Origin: an uncultured Acidimicrobiales bacterium
GTDB lineage: Bacteria; Actinomycetota; Acidimicrobiia; Acidimicrobiales; AC-14
Assembly: GCA_964479465.1 (NCBI GenBank)
Contig: CAYZMG010000003.1
Location: 56,812-120,811 of the forward strand
Direction of reading: 5' to 3'
Length of the DNA: 64,000 nucleotides
Shown here one piece after another: positions 18,584-28,250 of the stretch. The notes beneath the pieces are model-generated. The model did no database searches. It was not told where the DNA came from and saw nothing but the letters and a program-made list of their open reading frames with translations. The stretch's first letter is position 1; every line of letters starts with the position of its first letter. The translations under genes and the position numbers were made by a program.

Positions 18584-20638
18584 CTACCCCCCGAGCTGGA
18601 GCTGGCTGACCGCCGGCGCCGGCGCCGGCGCCGGCGGCCGCACCGAGCGGGCCCGGCGGGGGCCCGCCGAGCGCCCGCCGTACTTGGCGACGAGCTCGCG
18701 CACCGTTTCCGCCAGCTCGTCCTGGGTTTTCGCCGGCGCGTAGGCTCGGGGGTAGAGGCCGGCGTAGCGCTCCAACAGGTCGGGGCGGGCGCCGGCCAGC
18801 CAGCGGAGGTAATGCTCGCGGACGCCGGCGCGCAGGTGGAGCAGCAGCGGGGTGATGGACACTGCGCCGGCCTCGACGCATGCCCGGACAACCTCCTCCA
18901 ACTGCTCAGGCCCGTCGGAGAGCCCCGGCAGGATGGGCGCCACCAGTACGCCGCACGGCACGCCTGCGGCGTTCAGCCGGGCTACCGCCTCGACTCGCCG
19001 GCGGGGGTGGGGCGTGCCCGGCTCGGTCATGCGCCACACGTTCTCGTCGAGGGTGGCGATGGAGAAGTTGGCCCGTACGTCGGTGCGCCGGGCCGCCTCG
19101 GCCAGCAGGTCGAGGTCGCGCAGGATGAGGGTGGACTTGGTGAGGATCGAGAACGGGTTGGCCGCCGCCGACAGCTCGCCGACGATGCCCTGCGTCAGCC
19201 GGTACTTGCTCTCGCAGCGCTGGTAAGGGTCGGTGTTCGTGCCCATGGCGATGTGGTCGCCGGCCCACCGCCCGGGGGCCAGCTCCGCTCGCACCCGCTC
19301 GACGGCGTTGATCTTGACCACGATCTTGCGGTCGAAGTCCTCGCCGGCGTTCATCCCCAGGTACTCGTGTGTCGGCCGCGCAAAACAGTTGTGGCTGATG
19401 ACTCCGTCGGCGACGAAGTCACCGGTGCCCGTGGTGATGTCGAACATCGGAAGTTCCAGGCCAAGAGGTTCGACCGCGACGACTCGTCGGCTGCCGGTCC
19501 CCTTCATCGCGCGGCCCGTTATCGCCCGCTTGCGGGGTGTCGCAGGGTCGACCATCAGGATGAAGCGAACGGTCTCTGGAAGCCCGCCAATGAGGCGGAC
19601 GTTGCCGACACGGTTCCTTCGAGCTGGTTCCAGCACCGTCAGAAAGCCGAGGATGCGGAACGAGTCCGTGATCCATTGCAGAAGGAGGGGATCGGCGTTG
19701 GCGATGCGGATGACCTGTCCAAGGTGTCCCTCGGCGTCGTAAATACCGGCCAGGAACCCGCGCGTCCACTCGTCCGTCGGGTGATCCGGCCACGCAATCA
19801 TCGATTCGATGGCAGCCACCGCGTCTCGCTGCTGGGTTCCGATGGCATGCACCGCCCGGTGCGCGTCGGTGCTTGGCGCAAACTGGAACTCCCCAGTTGG
19901 GACGCCGGCATCCGCCAGATACTCCCGGGTCCGCGCCAGCGGCTCGAGGTCGGGCAGGGCCAGTCGGAACATATGGCGGACCCGTGGCCCGCCCCCGCGC
20001 CGGCCCGGGTAGGGGTCATGGCCGATGTGCGCATCACCTCGCGCCATGCCGCAGACGTAGCCACGCCGGTACTCCACGTCATGTTTGGGGCCAGGAGCGA
20101 AGCGACCGATGCCGAGCAGGTGGTTCGCGGTGGTCAGGTGGGGCCGGCGGTCGCGCCCGTATTCCGCCCCCATCACGTGCTTCCACCCCCGATCCGTGAG
20201 GAAGCGATGGTCGCCGCTCGACACGAAGACCGTCCCGTCCTCGAGGACCGTGCGGTAAGCCGGCCGCATCGTCGGCCAGTGGTCGGTGACCGGGGTAGCG
20301 GTGTAGCGGCGGTACTTGCCAATCCGCCGGGTCCCGATCACCTCGTCGCCGACCCGCAGGTCAGCGATCGGTTTGCTCCTACCGTCGGCCATGAGCACTG
20401 GTGTCTCGCCGACTAGGCAGTAGGAGCAAGCATGCGAGCATCCGCGATAGGCGTTGATCGTCCACCGGAAGGGCATTCGTGAGGCGTTGGGCACCTCGTT
20501 GATGACCCGCCGGGCATGGACGTGGAGGAACTCCAGGCCCCGGAACTCGCCCCTGCCGATGTGGCGCTCCATTTCCTGCTCGAACAGGGCGCCCTGGCCA
20601 CGGTCGTCGCCGGCCAGACGCCAGCGGAGTTCGGTCAC
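18584..20638 (-). CDS. Rv2578c-like radical SAM protein, intein-containing
   Basis: In ORF 18584..20854(-), start trimmed to GTG 20638 so it no longer overlaps the divergent gene. The host motif GCSHACSY|…|CFARPTHEY rebuilds CX3CX2C after removal of the 344-aa insert. Confidence 0.85.
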   Translation of the reverse strand: MTELRWRLAGDDRGQGALFEQEMERHIGRGEFRGLEFLHVHARRVINEVPNASRMPFRWTINAYRGCSHACSYCLVGETPVLMADGRSKPIADLRVGDEVIGTRRIGKYRRYTATPVTDHWPTMRPAYRTVLEDGTVFVSSGDHRFLTDRGWKHVMGAEYGRDRRPHLTTANHLLGIGRFAPGPKHDVEYRRGYVCGMARGDAHIGHDPYPGRRGGGPRVRHMFRLALPDLEPLARTREYLADAGVPTGEFQFAPSTDAHRAVHAIGTQQRDAVAAIESMIAWPDHPTDEWTRGFLAGIYDAEGHLGQVIRIANADPLLLQWITDSFRILGFLTVLEPARRNRVGNVRLIGGLPETVRFILMVDPATPRKRAITGRAMKGTGSRRVVAVEPLGLELPMFDITTGTGDFVADGVISHNCFARPTHEYLGMNAGEDFDRKIVVKINAVERVRAELAPGRWAGDHIAMGTNTDPYQRCESKYRLTQGIVGELSAAANPFSILTKSTLILRDLDLLAEAARRTDVRANFSIATLDENVWRMTEPGTPHPRRRVEAVARLNAAGVPCGVLVAPILPGLSDGPEQLEEVVRACVEAGAVSITPLLLHLRAGVREHYLRWLAGARPDLLERYAGLYPRAYAPAKTQDELAETVRELVAKYGGRSAGPRRARSVRPPAPAPAPAVSQLQLGG
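19388..20419 (-). mobile_element. class-1 intein with LAGLIDADG homing-endonuclease domain (344 aa)
   Basis: Begins CLVGETPVLMADG (Cys1). Block-B-like SSGDHRFLT. Two dodecapeptide-like motifs (YVCGMARGDAHIG and GFLAGIYDAEGHLG). Ends DFVADGVISHN, followed by Cys+1 (CFARP). Confidence 0.8.
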
Positions 20639-20705
20639 CGCCCCACCATAGCCGAACGTGCGTTCGCCGCTACCGCGAATCGAGGCTAGAACGTAGGCTC
20701 CGCGA

Positions 20706-21626
20706 ATGGAATACACCAAGCGGTACCTGGCCGAGGAGGTCGCACTCGACCACGCCGGCGGCGAACTCACACGCCGTGAGGCGCTTCGCCGGCTCGGAAT
20801 GATGGGGATCTCGCTGACGGCGGCGTCGGCCCTGCTGGCGGCCTGCGCCGGCAACGACGGCGACGATCAGGTGGTGGCGCCGTCAGGCCAGGCCTCCACT
20901 ACCGCTCCCGTCGCCACGACCGTCGCCGGCCCGACCACCACCCGGCCGGCGACCACGCCCGTGCCGAGCCAGGACATCACCTTTCCCGGGCCACGGGGCA
21001 ACCTCATCGGCGCCTACGCGCAGGCGGCCTCCGCCAAGGGCGCGGTGCTCGTCGTCCATGAGAACGGGGGCCTTGTCGATGGCACCCGGGCCGTCGCTTC
21101 CCGGCTCGCCGGCGACGGGTACAGCGCGCTGTCCATCGACCTGGTGTCGGGCGTCAACCCCGGCGGCACGGCGGCGGTGCCGGCGGGCGATGTGGGCGCC
21201 CTGCTGTCGAACTCCGACGTGTCCGACCGGCGCGCCGACCTGAAGGCGGGCTTCGACGAGCTGGCCAAGCGTAACGCCGGCAAGAAGCTGGGCATGATCG
21301 GCTTCTGCTTCGGCGGCACTGTCGTGTGGGACTACCTGACCACGAACGAGACCCGGCTCGCGGCGGCGGCCCCCTTCTACGGCGGCACCGTCGAGGGCGC
21401 CAACTACACCGCCAAGGCAGCCGTCCTGGGCGTCTACGGCGAGACCGACACCCGCATCAACGCCACCCGTGACGCGGCCAAATCGAACCTCGTGCGCGCC
21501 GGCGTGCCGCATGAGATCAAGACCTACGCCGGCGTGGGCCACGGGTTCTACAGGCAGGTGGAGACCCAGCAGTCCAAGCAGGCCTACTCCGACACCCTGG
21601 ACTGGTTCGACCGCTACCTGAGATAA
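20706..21626 (+). CDS. dienelactone hydrolase family protein, secreted/lipoprotein-like
   Basis: ORF 20706..21626(+). Tat-like RREALRRLGMMGISLTAASALLAACAG. The DLH core has IGFCFGG and an HGF motif. Confidence 0.8.
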   Translation: MEYTKRYLAEEVALDHAGGELTRREALRRLGMMGISLTAASALLAACAGNDGDDQVVAPSGQASTTAPVATTVAGPTTTRPATTPVPSQDITFPGPRGNLIGAYAQAASAKGAVLVVHENGGLVDGTRAVASRLAGDGYSALSIDLVSGVNPGGTAAVPAGDVGALLSNSDVSDRRADLKAGFDELAKRNAGKKLGMIGFCFGGTVVWDYLTTNETRLAAAAPFYGGTVEGANYTAKAAVLGVYGETDTRINATRDAAKSNLVRAGVPHEIKTYAGVGHGFYRQVETQQSKQAYSDTLDWFDRYLR

Positions 21627-21646
21627 GCACCGCCTACGCTTCGCCG

Positions 21647-22801
21647 ATGCCCGTCCGCTACCGGCGCGCCCTCGAGGGGCTCCTCGGCGTCCCCGCCACC
21701 GAGGGCAACGCCGTCGATGTCCTGCGCAACGGCGACCGCATCTTCCCGGCCATGTTCGAGGCCATCGCCTCGGCGACCTCCACCGTCGACTTCCTGACCT
21801 TCGTCTACTGGCAGGGCTCGATCGGCCGGGAGATGGCGGCCCTCCTGGCCGAGCGGGCGTCCGCCGGCGTACGGGTGCGGGTGATCCTCGACGCCCTCGG
21901 CGCCTTCAGCATGGACCGCAGCCTGGTCGAGGCCATGGTTGCCGCCGGCGCCCAGGTCGAGTGGTTCCGCCCCGTCAGCAAGGCCCGCTTCTGGGAGGCC
22001 AACCACCGCAGCCACCGCAAAGTCCTGATCTGCGACGAGGACGTGGCCTTCACCGGCGGCATCGGCATCGCCGATGAGTGGCGGGGCGACGCCCGGGGGC
22101 CGGGGGAGTGGCGCGACACCCACTTCCGCATCCGGGGGCCGGCGGTCGACGGGCTCCGGGCCGCCTTCGTGCAGAACTGGGCCGAGACCGGCCGCCCGCT
22201 GCTCGACGAGGGAGTCGACCGCTTCCCGGTGCAGCCGGTCGCCGGCGCCACGGTGGCCCAGGTCGTCCGGGGCGCGGCCCAGACGGGGTGGAGCGACGTC
22301 GCCACCCTCGTCCGCTCGCTGCTGGCGCTGGCCCAGGAGCGGGTGCGCATCACCACCGCCTATTTCGTGCCCGACGAGGCCACCTGTGCGGCGCTGGCGG
22401 CTACGGCCCGGCGGGGTGTCGAGGTCGACGTGCTCATCCCCGGGCCCCACATCGACAAGCGCTACGTGCAGCTGGCCAGCCAGGCCCAGTACGACGGTCT
22501 GCTCGCCGCCGGCGTGCGCCTGTGGTCCTACCAGGTGAGCATGCTCCACGCCAAGGTGATCACCGTCGACAGTGTCGTGGCCAGCGTGGGCTCCGCCAAC
22601 TTCACCAGCCGGTCGCTGCTCCTCGATGACGAGGTGAACGTTGTCGTGTTCGATCCCGAAGTGGTGGCCGTGCTCGACGGCCACTTCGATGCCGACCTCG
22701 CCGCGTCCGCGCCCGTCGACCCCCAGTCGTGGCCCGACCGCAGCCGGGCTCAGCGGGCCCTGGAACAGCTCGTCGCCGGCCTGGGCGGCCGCAATATGTA
22801 G
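21647..22801 (+). CDS. phospholipase D / cardiolipin synthase family protein (two HKD motifs)
   Basis: ORF 21647..22801(+). HKD motifs are HRKVLICDEDVAFTGGIG and HAKVITVDSVVASVGSANF. Confidence 0.85.
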   Translation: MPVRYRRALEGLLGVPATEGNAVDVLRNGDRIFPAMFEAIASATSTVDFLTFVYWQGSIGREMAALLAERASAGVRVRVILDALGAFSMDRSLVEAMVAAGAQVEWFRPVSKARFWEANHRSHRKVLICDEDVAFTGGIGIADEWRGDARGPGEWRDTHFRIRGPAVDGLRAAFVQNWAETGRPLLDEGVDRFPVQPVAGATVAQVVRGAAQTGWSDVATLVRSLLALAQERVRITTAYFVPDEATCAALAATARRGVEVDVLIPGPHIDKRYVQLASQAQYDGLLAAGVRLWSYQVSMLHAKVITVDSVVASVGSANFTSRSLLLDDEVNVVVFDPEVVAVLDGHFDADLAASAPVDPQSWPDRSRAQRALEQLVAGLGGRNM

Positions 22802-22816
22802 TGGGCTTCGACCCTG

Positions 22817-23260
22817 CTACTTGACGACGAAGGTGCCCGACATGGCGCCGGGGTGGATCTTGCAGTGGAAGGCGAAGGTGCCGGCCTTGAGGGCGGGCAC
22901 GTCGAGGGTCTTGAGCCCGTGAGGGACGAGGCCGGCGTCGAACAAAGCCTCCGTGGCGCTGTGGCTCTCGAGGATCTGGATGTTGTGGGTCAGCTGGTCC
23001 TTGTTGTCGAAATTGATCTTGAACGCCTGGTTGGCCGGGGCGGCCAGGCAGTCTGTGTTGAACTTCGTCTCGCTGGCGGTGAGGGCCACCGTGGTGCCCG
23101 ACGGGGAACAGTCCGACGTGGGGTTGCCGGCGTGGTCGGCATGGCCGTGGCCCTGGTTGGCCGGCGGGCCGCCGGCCAGCGGGTCGGTGTCGTCGGTCTC
23201 GCTGCCGCAGCCGACAAGGAACAGCGCCGACATTGCGGCCAGGGCGATGAACCTCTTCAT
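22817..23260 (-). CDS. cupredoxin (plastocyanin/azurin-like) lipoprotein
   Basis: ORF 22817..23260(-). Lipobox LFLVGCGS. The type-1 copper ligand region is FHCKIHPGAMSG. Confidence 0.8.
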   Translation of the reverse strand: MKRFIALAAMSALFLVGCGSETDDTDPLAGGPPANQGHGHADHAGNPTSDCSPSGTTVALTASETKFNTDCLAAPANQAFKINFDNKDQLTHNIQILESHSATEALFDAGLVPHGLKTLDVPALKAGTFAFHCKIHPGAMSGTFVVK

Positions 23261-23402
23261 ACCGATCTCCTCCCGAGTGACGGCCCGCTTCTATCCGCGC
23301 CGCGCTCATACCTTACCGGCCGCTGTCGGCAGGCACCCTCAGGGGTTTCCCTGAGATCCCCGTCACCGGCAAACCGCCTTCCTATGCGAAGCTGCACCCT
23401 GT

Positions 23403-24965
23403 ATGTCGGCGCCGAACTACTCCCGCCGGCGGTTCCTGGCCCTCGCCGGCGCCGGCTCGGCGGCCGTGGCTCTCGCCGGGTGCCGCACCGGGGACAAGGC
23501 CTCGCCGGTGCCGGCCGGGGGCGCCGAGGTGATGGCCGCCGAGGAGGCTCGCAAGCGCCCCGGCGCCGGTGTGAAGGATGTCGCCATCACCGCCGCCCCG
23601 TTCGCCGTCGATCTGGGCGGGCTCACCTCGCCCACGTGGGCGTACGGGTCGTCGGTGCCCGGTGGTGAGATCCGGGTCAAGGCCGGCGACCTGGTCCGGG
23701 CCCGGTTCACGAACCAGCTGCCCGAGGCCACCACCATCCACTGGCACGGCATCGCCCTGCGCAACGACATGGACGGCGTGCCGGGCATGACCCAGGAGGT
23801 CGTCGCCCCGCAGGGCACCTTCCTCTACGAGTTCACTGCTCCCGACCCCGGCACCTACTGGTTCCACCCCCACGTCGGCCTCCACCTCGACAGGGGCTTG
23901 TACGCCCCGCTGATCGTCGAGGACCCGGCCGAGCCCGGGCGCTATGACCGGGAGCACACCGTGGTGCTCGACGACTGGACCGACGGCCTGGGCCAGTCGC
24001 CTGAGGCGGCCATGGAGGACCTTCGGGCCGGGCGGGGGCCCCACGCCGCCCACCAGGCCGGCGGTGGGCCCCACAGCGAGGCCCTGAACAGCGCCGGCGG
24101 CGACGTGAACTACCCGCTCTACCTGATCAACGGTCGCCACTCATCGGCCCCGGTCGAGCTGGCGGTGCGGAAGGGGGAGAGGATCCGGCTCCGGCTCATC
24201 AACGCCGGCGCCGACACGCCGTTCCGGGTGGCCGTCGGCGGGCACCAGATGACAGTGACCCACGCTGATGGCTTCCCCGTCGTGCCGGTGACGGTCGACA
24301 CCCTCATGATCGCCATGGCCGAGCGCTACGACGTGACGGTGACCGTGGCCGGCGACGGCGTGTTCCCGCTCATCGCCGTCGCCGAGGCCAAAGCCGACGC
24401 GGCCATGGCTGTCCTGCGCTCGGGAGCCGGCGCAGTCCCCGACTTCAGTGTGAGGCCGAGGGAGCTCAGCGGAAAGATGCTCCAGCTGAGCGATCTGGTG
24501 GCGGCCGAGCCCGTCCGCTTCGCCCCCGGCCGTCCCGACCGGACCTACAAGGTGGCCCTCGGCGGGGGTGACGCCGGCTACGTGTGGACCCTGAACGGCA
24601 AGCCTCACGGGCAGAACAAGCCCCTGGAGGTGCGACAGGGCGAGCGCGTCAGGCTCGACTTCACCAACTCGACGACCATGTTCCACCCCATGCACCTGCA
24701 CGGGCACACCTTCCAGGTCATCAACGCCGGCGGCACCGCCGGCGCCCGCAAGGACACCACCATCGTCCGTCCCGACGAGCCGGTATCGGTGGAGTTCATC
24801 GCCGACAACCCCGGCCAGTGGATGATCCACTGCCACAACAACTACCACCAGGAGGGCGGGATGATGCTGACCCTGTCCTACGTCACCGACCGCCCGCTCA
24901 CCTCCGCCGAGCGGGCCTCGCCCCTCGGCCTGGTGTGCGACTGGCTATCCCCAAACGTGGGGTGA
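23403..24965 (+). CDS. multicopper oxidase (Tat-exported)
   Basis: ORF 23403..24965(+). Tat signal RRRFLALAGAGS. Copper motifs: IHWHGI, WFHPHV, HPMHLHGH and HCHNNYHQEGGMM. Confidence 0.9.
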   Translation: MSAPNYSRRRFLALAGAGSAAVALAGCRTGDKASPVPAGGAEVMAAEEARKRPGAGVKDVAITAAPFAVDLGGLTSPTWAYGSSVPGGEIRVKAGDLVRARFTNQLPEATTIHWHGIALRNDMDGVPGMTQEVVAPQGTFLYEFTAPDPGTYWFHPHVGLHLDRGLYAPLIVEDPAEPGRYDREHTVVLDDWTDGLGQSPEAAMEDLRAGRGPHAAHQAGGGPHSEALNSAGGDVNYPLYLINGRHSSAPVELAVRKGERIRLRLINAGADTPFRVAVGGHQMTVTHADGFPVVPVTVDTLMIAMAERYDVTVTVAGDGVFPLIAVAEAKADAAMAVLRSGAGAVPDFSVRPRELSGKMLQLSDLVAAEPVRFAPGRPDRTYKVALGGGDAGYVWTLNGKPHGQNKPLEVRQGERVRLDFTNSTTMFHPMHLHGHTFQVINAGGTAGARKDTTIVRPDEPVSVEFIADNPGQWMIHCHNNYHQEGGMMLTLSYVTDRPLTSAERASPLGLVCDWLSPNVG

Positions 24966-25925
24966 TCAGAGGGCGTCTGCGGCCACCACCGGTCGCAGGA
25001 GCCACCGGTGGCCCTCGGCCGCGGGGTCGGCCTGTTGCCAGGTCTCGACGAGCGCCGGCAGCCGGTTCAGCAGGACGAGCCGGAAGGAGTCGTGGAGGTC
25101 GATGAGGGAGCGCCGCAGGAGCACCCCGTCGATGAACGCGCTCCGCCCCGGATGGGCGACGAGGTGGCGAACGGCGTCCCAGCTGAACATGGCGCCGGCA
25201 CCGTCCTCCCGTATCCGCCTGGCGCGCGTGGGGTCCCGGCTGTCGGGGGTCTTGGGGCTGGGGGCCACGCCAGCGGCCAGGACGCATTCCCGGAAGCCGG
25301 AGTCGTCGCCCAGCCGCCATGTGCGCTCGAGGGCGGGTTGCGCCGGCCCGTACGCAAGGGCGGTGAAACGCTCCACCGCCGACCACAGCACCAGATAGGC
25401 GGACTGGAGGCCGTAGAAGCGGTCCCACATCGCCGCGTCGTCGCCGGCGACGGTGGGGAACGGGGCCGTGGCGTACTCCAGTGCCGCCCGGCGGACGTGC
25501 ACCAGGCCGAAGCGGAGGAGGGGGTCCTCGCCCGCCGACCAGGAGGCGAACCACTCGTCGGAGCTGCCCCGGTCCGGGTGGCGGCCCCGGAGGACATTGA
25601 CCCGCCCGGGCCGGCCGTCGACCCGCATCTCGGTCATGTCCCAGCGGTAGTGCTGGCGGGGGGCGACGCTGCACACCGTGGTGTACGCCTCCTTCTCCCT
25701 GCCGGCGGCGAAGGTGAGCAGGACGCCGGTGACGCCCACCTTCCCGTCGGGATCGAGGAGAGGCAGGCCGTCACGCACCCGCAGCCCGCCGGTGGCGAGA
25801 GCGGCCGCCTCCTTCTTGACGACGTAGGCGTCGAGGAGGTCGTACGCCGGCTGGTCCGGCTTGTCCAGGCCGTAGGCGAACATCGGCAGGTGGAGCCGGG
25901 GCGGTGGCTCGAGTAGCTCGGGCAT
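24966..25925 (-). CDS. hypothetical protein: GGCT/AIG2-like N-terminal region fused to an unrecognised helical domain
   Basis: In ORF 24966..26279(-), start set to ATG 25925 (MPELLEPPPRLHLPMFAYG…LRVRDGLPLLDPDGKVGVTGVLLTF). The C-terminal ~200 aa have no family I recognise. Confidence 0.55.
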   Translation of the reverse strand: MPELLEPPPRLHLPMFAYGLDKPDQPAYDLLDAYVVKKEAAALATGGLRVRDGLPLLDPDGKVGVTGVLLTFAAGREKEAYTTVCSVAPRQHYRWDMTEMRVDGRPGRVNVLRGRHPDRGSSDEWFASWSAGEDPLLRFGLVHVRRAALEYATAPFPTVAGDDAAMWDRFYGLQSAYLVLWSAVERFTALAYGPAQPALERTWRLGDDSGFRECVLAAGVAPSPKTPDSRDPTRARRIREDGAGAMFSWDAVRHLVAHPGRSAFIDGVLLRRSLIDLHDSFRLVLLNRLPALVETWQQADPAAEGHRWLLRPVVAADAL

Positions 25926-25998
25926 CAGGGGCTGGCTTTCAGTGGAGTCGTGGTCGGTGGGTTTGTAGACCGCACGCAGTGGTGCAGAACTACCACGG

Positions 25999-27309
25999 AT
26001 GGCCATCACCGACGAGCGCGTCCCGTTCACGTCCATCGACGAGGCCGTCCACCTTCTCGACACGCCGGCCGAGCCCTGGAGCATCCAGCTCGAGGTCCAC
26101 GTGTCGGGCGCCTTGGACGCCGATCGCCTGAGGGCAGCCATTCCCGTCGCCTTGGCCCGCCACCCCATGGCCCGGGCCAAGCTGCTCCCCGCCCGCCGCA
26201 CGGACAAGCGGTGGACCTGGGCCATCTCCGGCGCTCCGGACCTCGACCCGCTCAAGGTGGTCGACTGCGACACCGACATCGACCTGGCCGAGCTGCGCGC
26301 CCAGCTCCACAGCCTCTCTGTGCCCCTCGCCGAGTCCCCGCCGCTGCGGCTGCGCCTGGCCCGTCACCCGCTGGGCGACGTGGTCATGATCAACGCCAAC
26401 CACGCCGCTTTCGACGGCTTCGGCACTCTCCAGGTCCTGCGGAGCATCGGGAAGGCCTATGTCGACGAGGACGAGCCCGAGTCCGGCGTCGCGCTCTCTC
26501 GGGCGCGCGACGTCGACCGCCTCACCCGCGCCGCGAGCGGAGCCGAGCGCATGCGGAGGCTGTGGGCACTCGCCGACAAGGCCCGTGACCTGGCCACGCC
26601 GCCGGCCCGCCTGGCACCCCAGGGAGGGTCTAACCGGCCGGGCTACGGCATCCACCAGATCTCCGTGCCGGTGCCCCGGTCGCCCAAGGCCGCCACCGTG
26701 AATGACATGCTGCTGGCCGCCTTGCACCTGGCCATCGCCGGATGGAACACCGGGCAGGGCACGGCGTGCCGACGTATCGGCGTGCTCATGCCCGTCAACC
26801 TCCGGCCTCCCGAATGGAAGAACGAGGTCGTCACCAACTTCGTATCGGAGAGCCGGGTGTCGACCACGCCGGTGGACCGGCGCAGCTCGGAGACCATCCT
26901 GGGCGCCGTCTCGGCCCAGACCCGCCGGATCAAGGACGGTGGGGGGGCAGCGATGATGGACGTGCTGGCCCGCACGGCTCGCTTCCCCCTGTGGATGAAG
27001 CAGCCCCTCTCGCCGCTCATCTGGATAACCGGCAACCGACTGGTCGACACTGCGGTGCTGTCCAACCTGGGCTCGATCGACGGCAGCCAGTTGCCGCACT
27101 TCGGACCGGAGGCCGGCGAGGTCGTCGGGCTGTGGTTCTCGGCGCCGGCTCGCCTGCCCTGCGGGCTGTCCCTGGGCGCGGTCAGCGGCGCCGGCGCCCT
27201 GCACCTCGCCTTCCGTTACCGGTACCCGCTCTGGGGGCCGGCGGCGGCGGCCGCCTTCGCCGACCGCTTCGTCATCGAGCTCGGCGTCCTCGAGCGGGAG
27301 ACCACCTGA
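25999..27309 (+). CDS. condensation/WS-DGAT-superfamily acyltransferase (HHxxxDG-type)
   Basis: ORF 25999..27309(+). Contains the catalytic-type motif NANHAAFDGFG. Length (~436 aa) is consistent with this superfamily. Confidence 0.65.
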   Translation: MAITDERVPFTSIDEAVHLLDTPAEPWSIQLEVHVSGALDADRLRAAIPVALARHPMARAKLLPARRTDKRWTWAISGAPDLDPLKVVDCDTDIDLAELRAQLHSLSVPLAESPPLRLRLARHPLGDVVMINANHAAFDGFGTLQVLRSIGKAYVDEDEPESGVALSRARDVDRLTRAASGAERMRRLWALADKARDLATPPARLAPQGGSNRPGYGIHQISVPVPRSPKAATVNDMLLAALHLAIAGWNTGQGTACRRIGVLMPVNLRPPEWKNEVVTNFVSESRVSTTPVDRRSSETILGAVSAQTRRIKDGGGAAMMDVLARTARFPLWMKQPLSPLIWITGNRLVDTAVLSNLGSIDGSQLPHFGPEAGEVVGLWFSAPARLPCGLSLGAVSGAGALHLAFRYRYPLWGPAAAAAFADRFVIELGVLERETT

Positions 27310-28241
27310 TGGCCTGGCACGGGTACCTGCGGCCGTTGGAGGTGGCCCAGGCCGAACCGCCCCTTCCGCCCCCGCTTCCACCCGGCCGGTTGGTGTACGT
27401 GCCCGGGCGGGGCGAGATGCTGGTTCGGGAGCTGGCGCCCGAGCGCGAGACAGGTGCCCCCACGGTCCTGCTGCTCCACGGGTGGACCCTTTGCGCCGAC
27501 CTCAACTGGTTTGCCATGTACGCGGCCGCTGCCCGCCACGGGCGGCTGCTGGCCATGGATGTCCGCGGCCACGGCCGGGGCCTTCGCAGCGAGCAGCGGT
27601 TCAGCCTGGAGGCTGCGGCCGACGACGCCGCCGCCTTGCTCGAGGAGCTGGGTGCCGGGCCGGCGATCGTCGTCGGCTACTCGATGGGCGGGTCCATCGG
27701 GTTGTTGATGTGGCGCCGGCACCCCAAGAGCGTGGCCGGGCTGGTGCTGCAGTCGACGGCGCTGCAGTGGCGGGCCGCCCTGCACGAGCGCGTCTTGTGG
27801 AGCTCGATGGCCGGCCTCGAGTACGTCCTGCGCTTCGGTGTGCCCCACGGGCTGACCGAGCGCTACCTGCGCCGCGCCGCGGAGCAGAACCCCGACCTCC
27901 AGCCCGTGCTTCCCTGGCTCAAGGCCGAGGCGCTGCGGGGCAACCCGTCGGATCTGGCCGCCGCCGGCCGGGGCCTGAGCGCCTTCGACGCCCGCTCGTT
28001 CGCACCGTTGGTGGACGTGCCGGTGGTTGTCATCGTCAGCCGGCGGGACCGCCTCATCCGGGCCGGCCGCCAGCGAGAGCTGGCCGACGCCATCCCGGGT
28101 GCCAAGTCCATCGAGATCGACGTGGCCCACAACGGCTGGCTGGTGGAGCCCGATGTGGTGTGCGACGCGATCGAGACCGCCCTCGGGCTCGTTACCGAGC
28201 AACTCTTGCCCCACCAGGAGGCGCTTGGCCCCCTGGGGTGA
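27309..28241 (+). CDS. alpha/beta hydrolase
   Basis: In ORF 26742..28241(+). ATG 27309 overlaps the upstream stop (TGATG). Carries LLLHGW, the nucleophile elbow GYSMGG, and a C-terminal His region. Confidence 0.8.
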   Translation: MAWHGYLRPLEVAQAEPPLPPPLPPGRLVYVPGRGEMLVRELAPERETGAPTVLLLHGWTLCADLNWFAMYAAAARHGRLLAMDVRGHGRGLRSEQRFSLEAAADDAAALLEELGAGPAIVVGYSMGGSIGLLMWRRHPKSVAGLVLQSTALQWRAALHERVLWSSMAGLEYVLRFGVPHGLTERYLRRAAEQNPDLQPVLPWLKAEALRGNPSDLAAAGRGLSAFDARSFAPLVDVPVVVIVSRRDRLIRAGRQRELADAIPGAKSIEIDVAHNGWLVEPDVVCDAIETALGLVTEQLLPHQEALGPLG

Positions 28242-28250
28242 GCAGCGCCT

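Noticed and set aside
18584-20854. Full 756-aa radical SAM ORF start
   Set aside because: The first 72 codons overlap the divergent dienelactone hydrolase gene and look non-protein-like. GTG 20638 gives an N-extein of plausible length.
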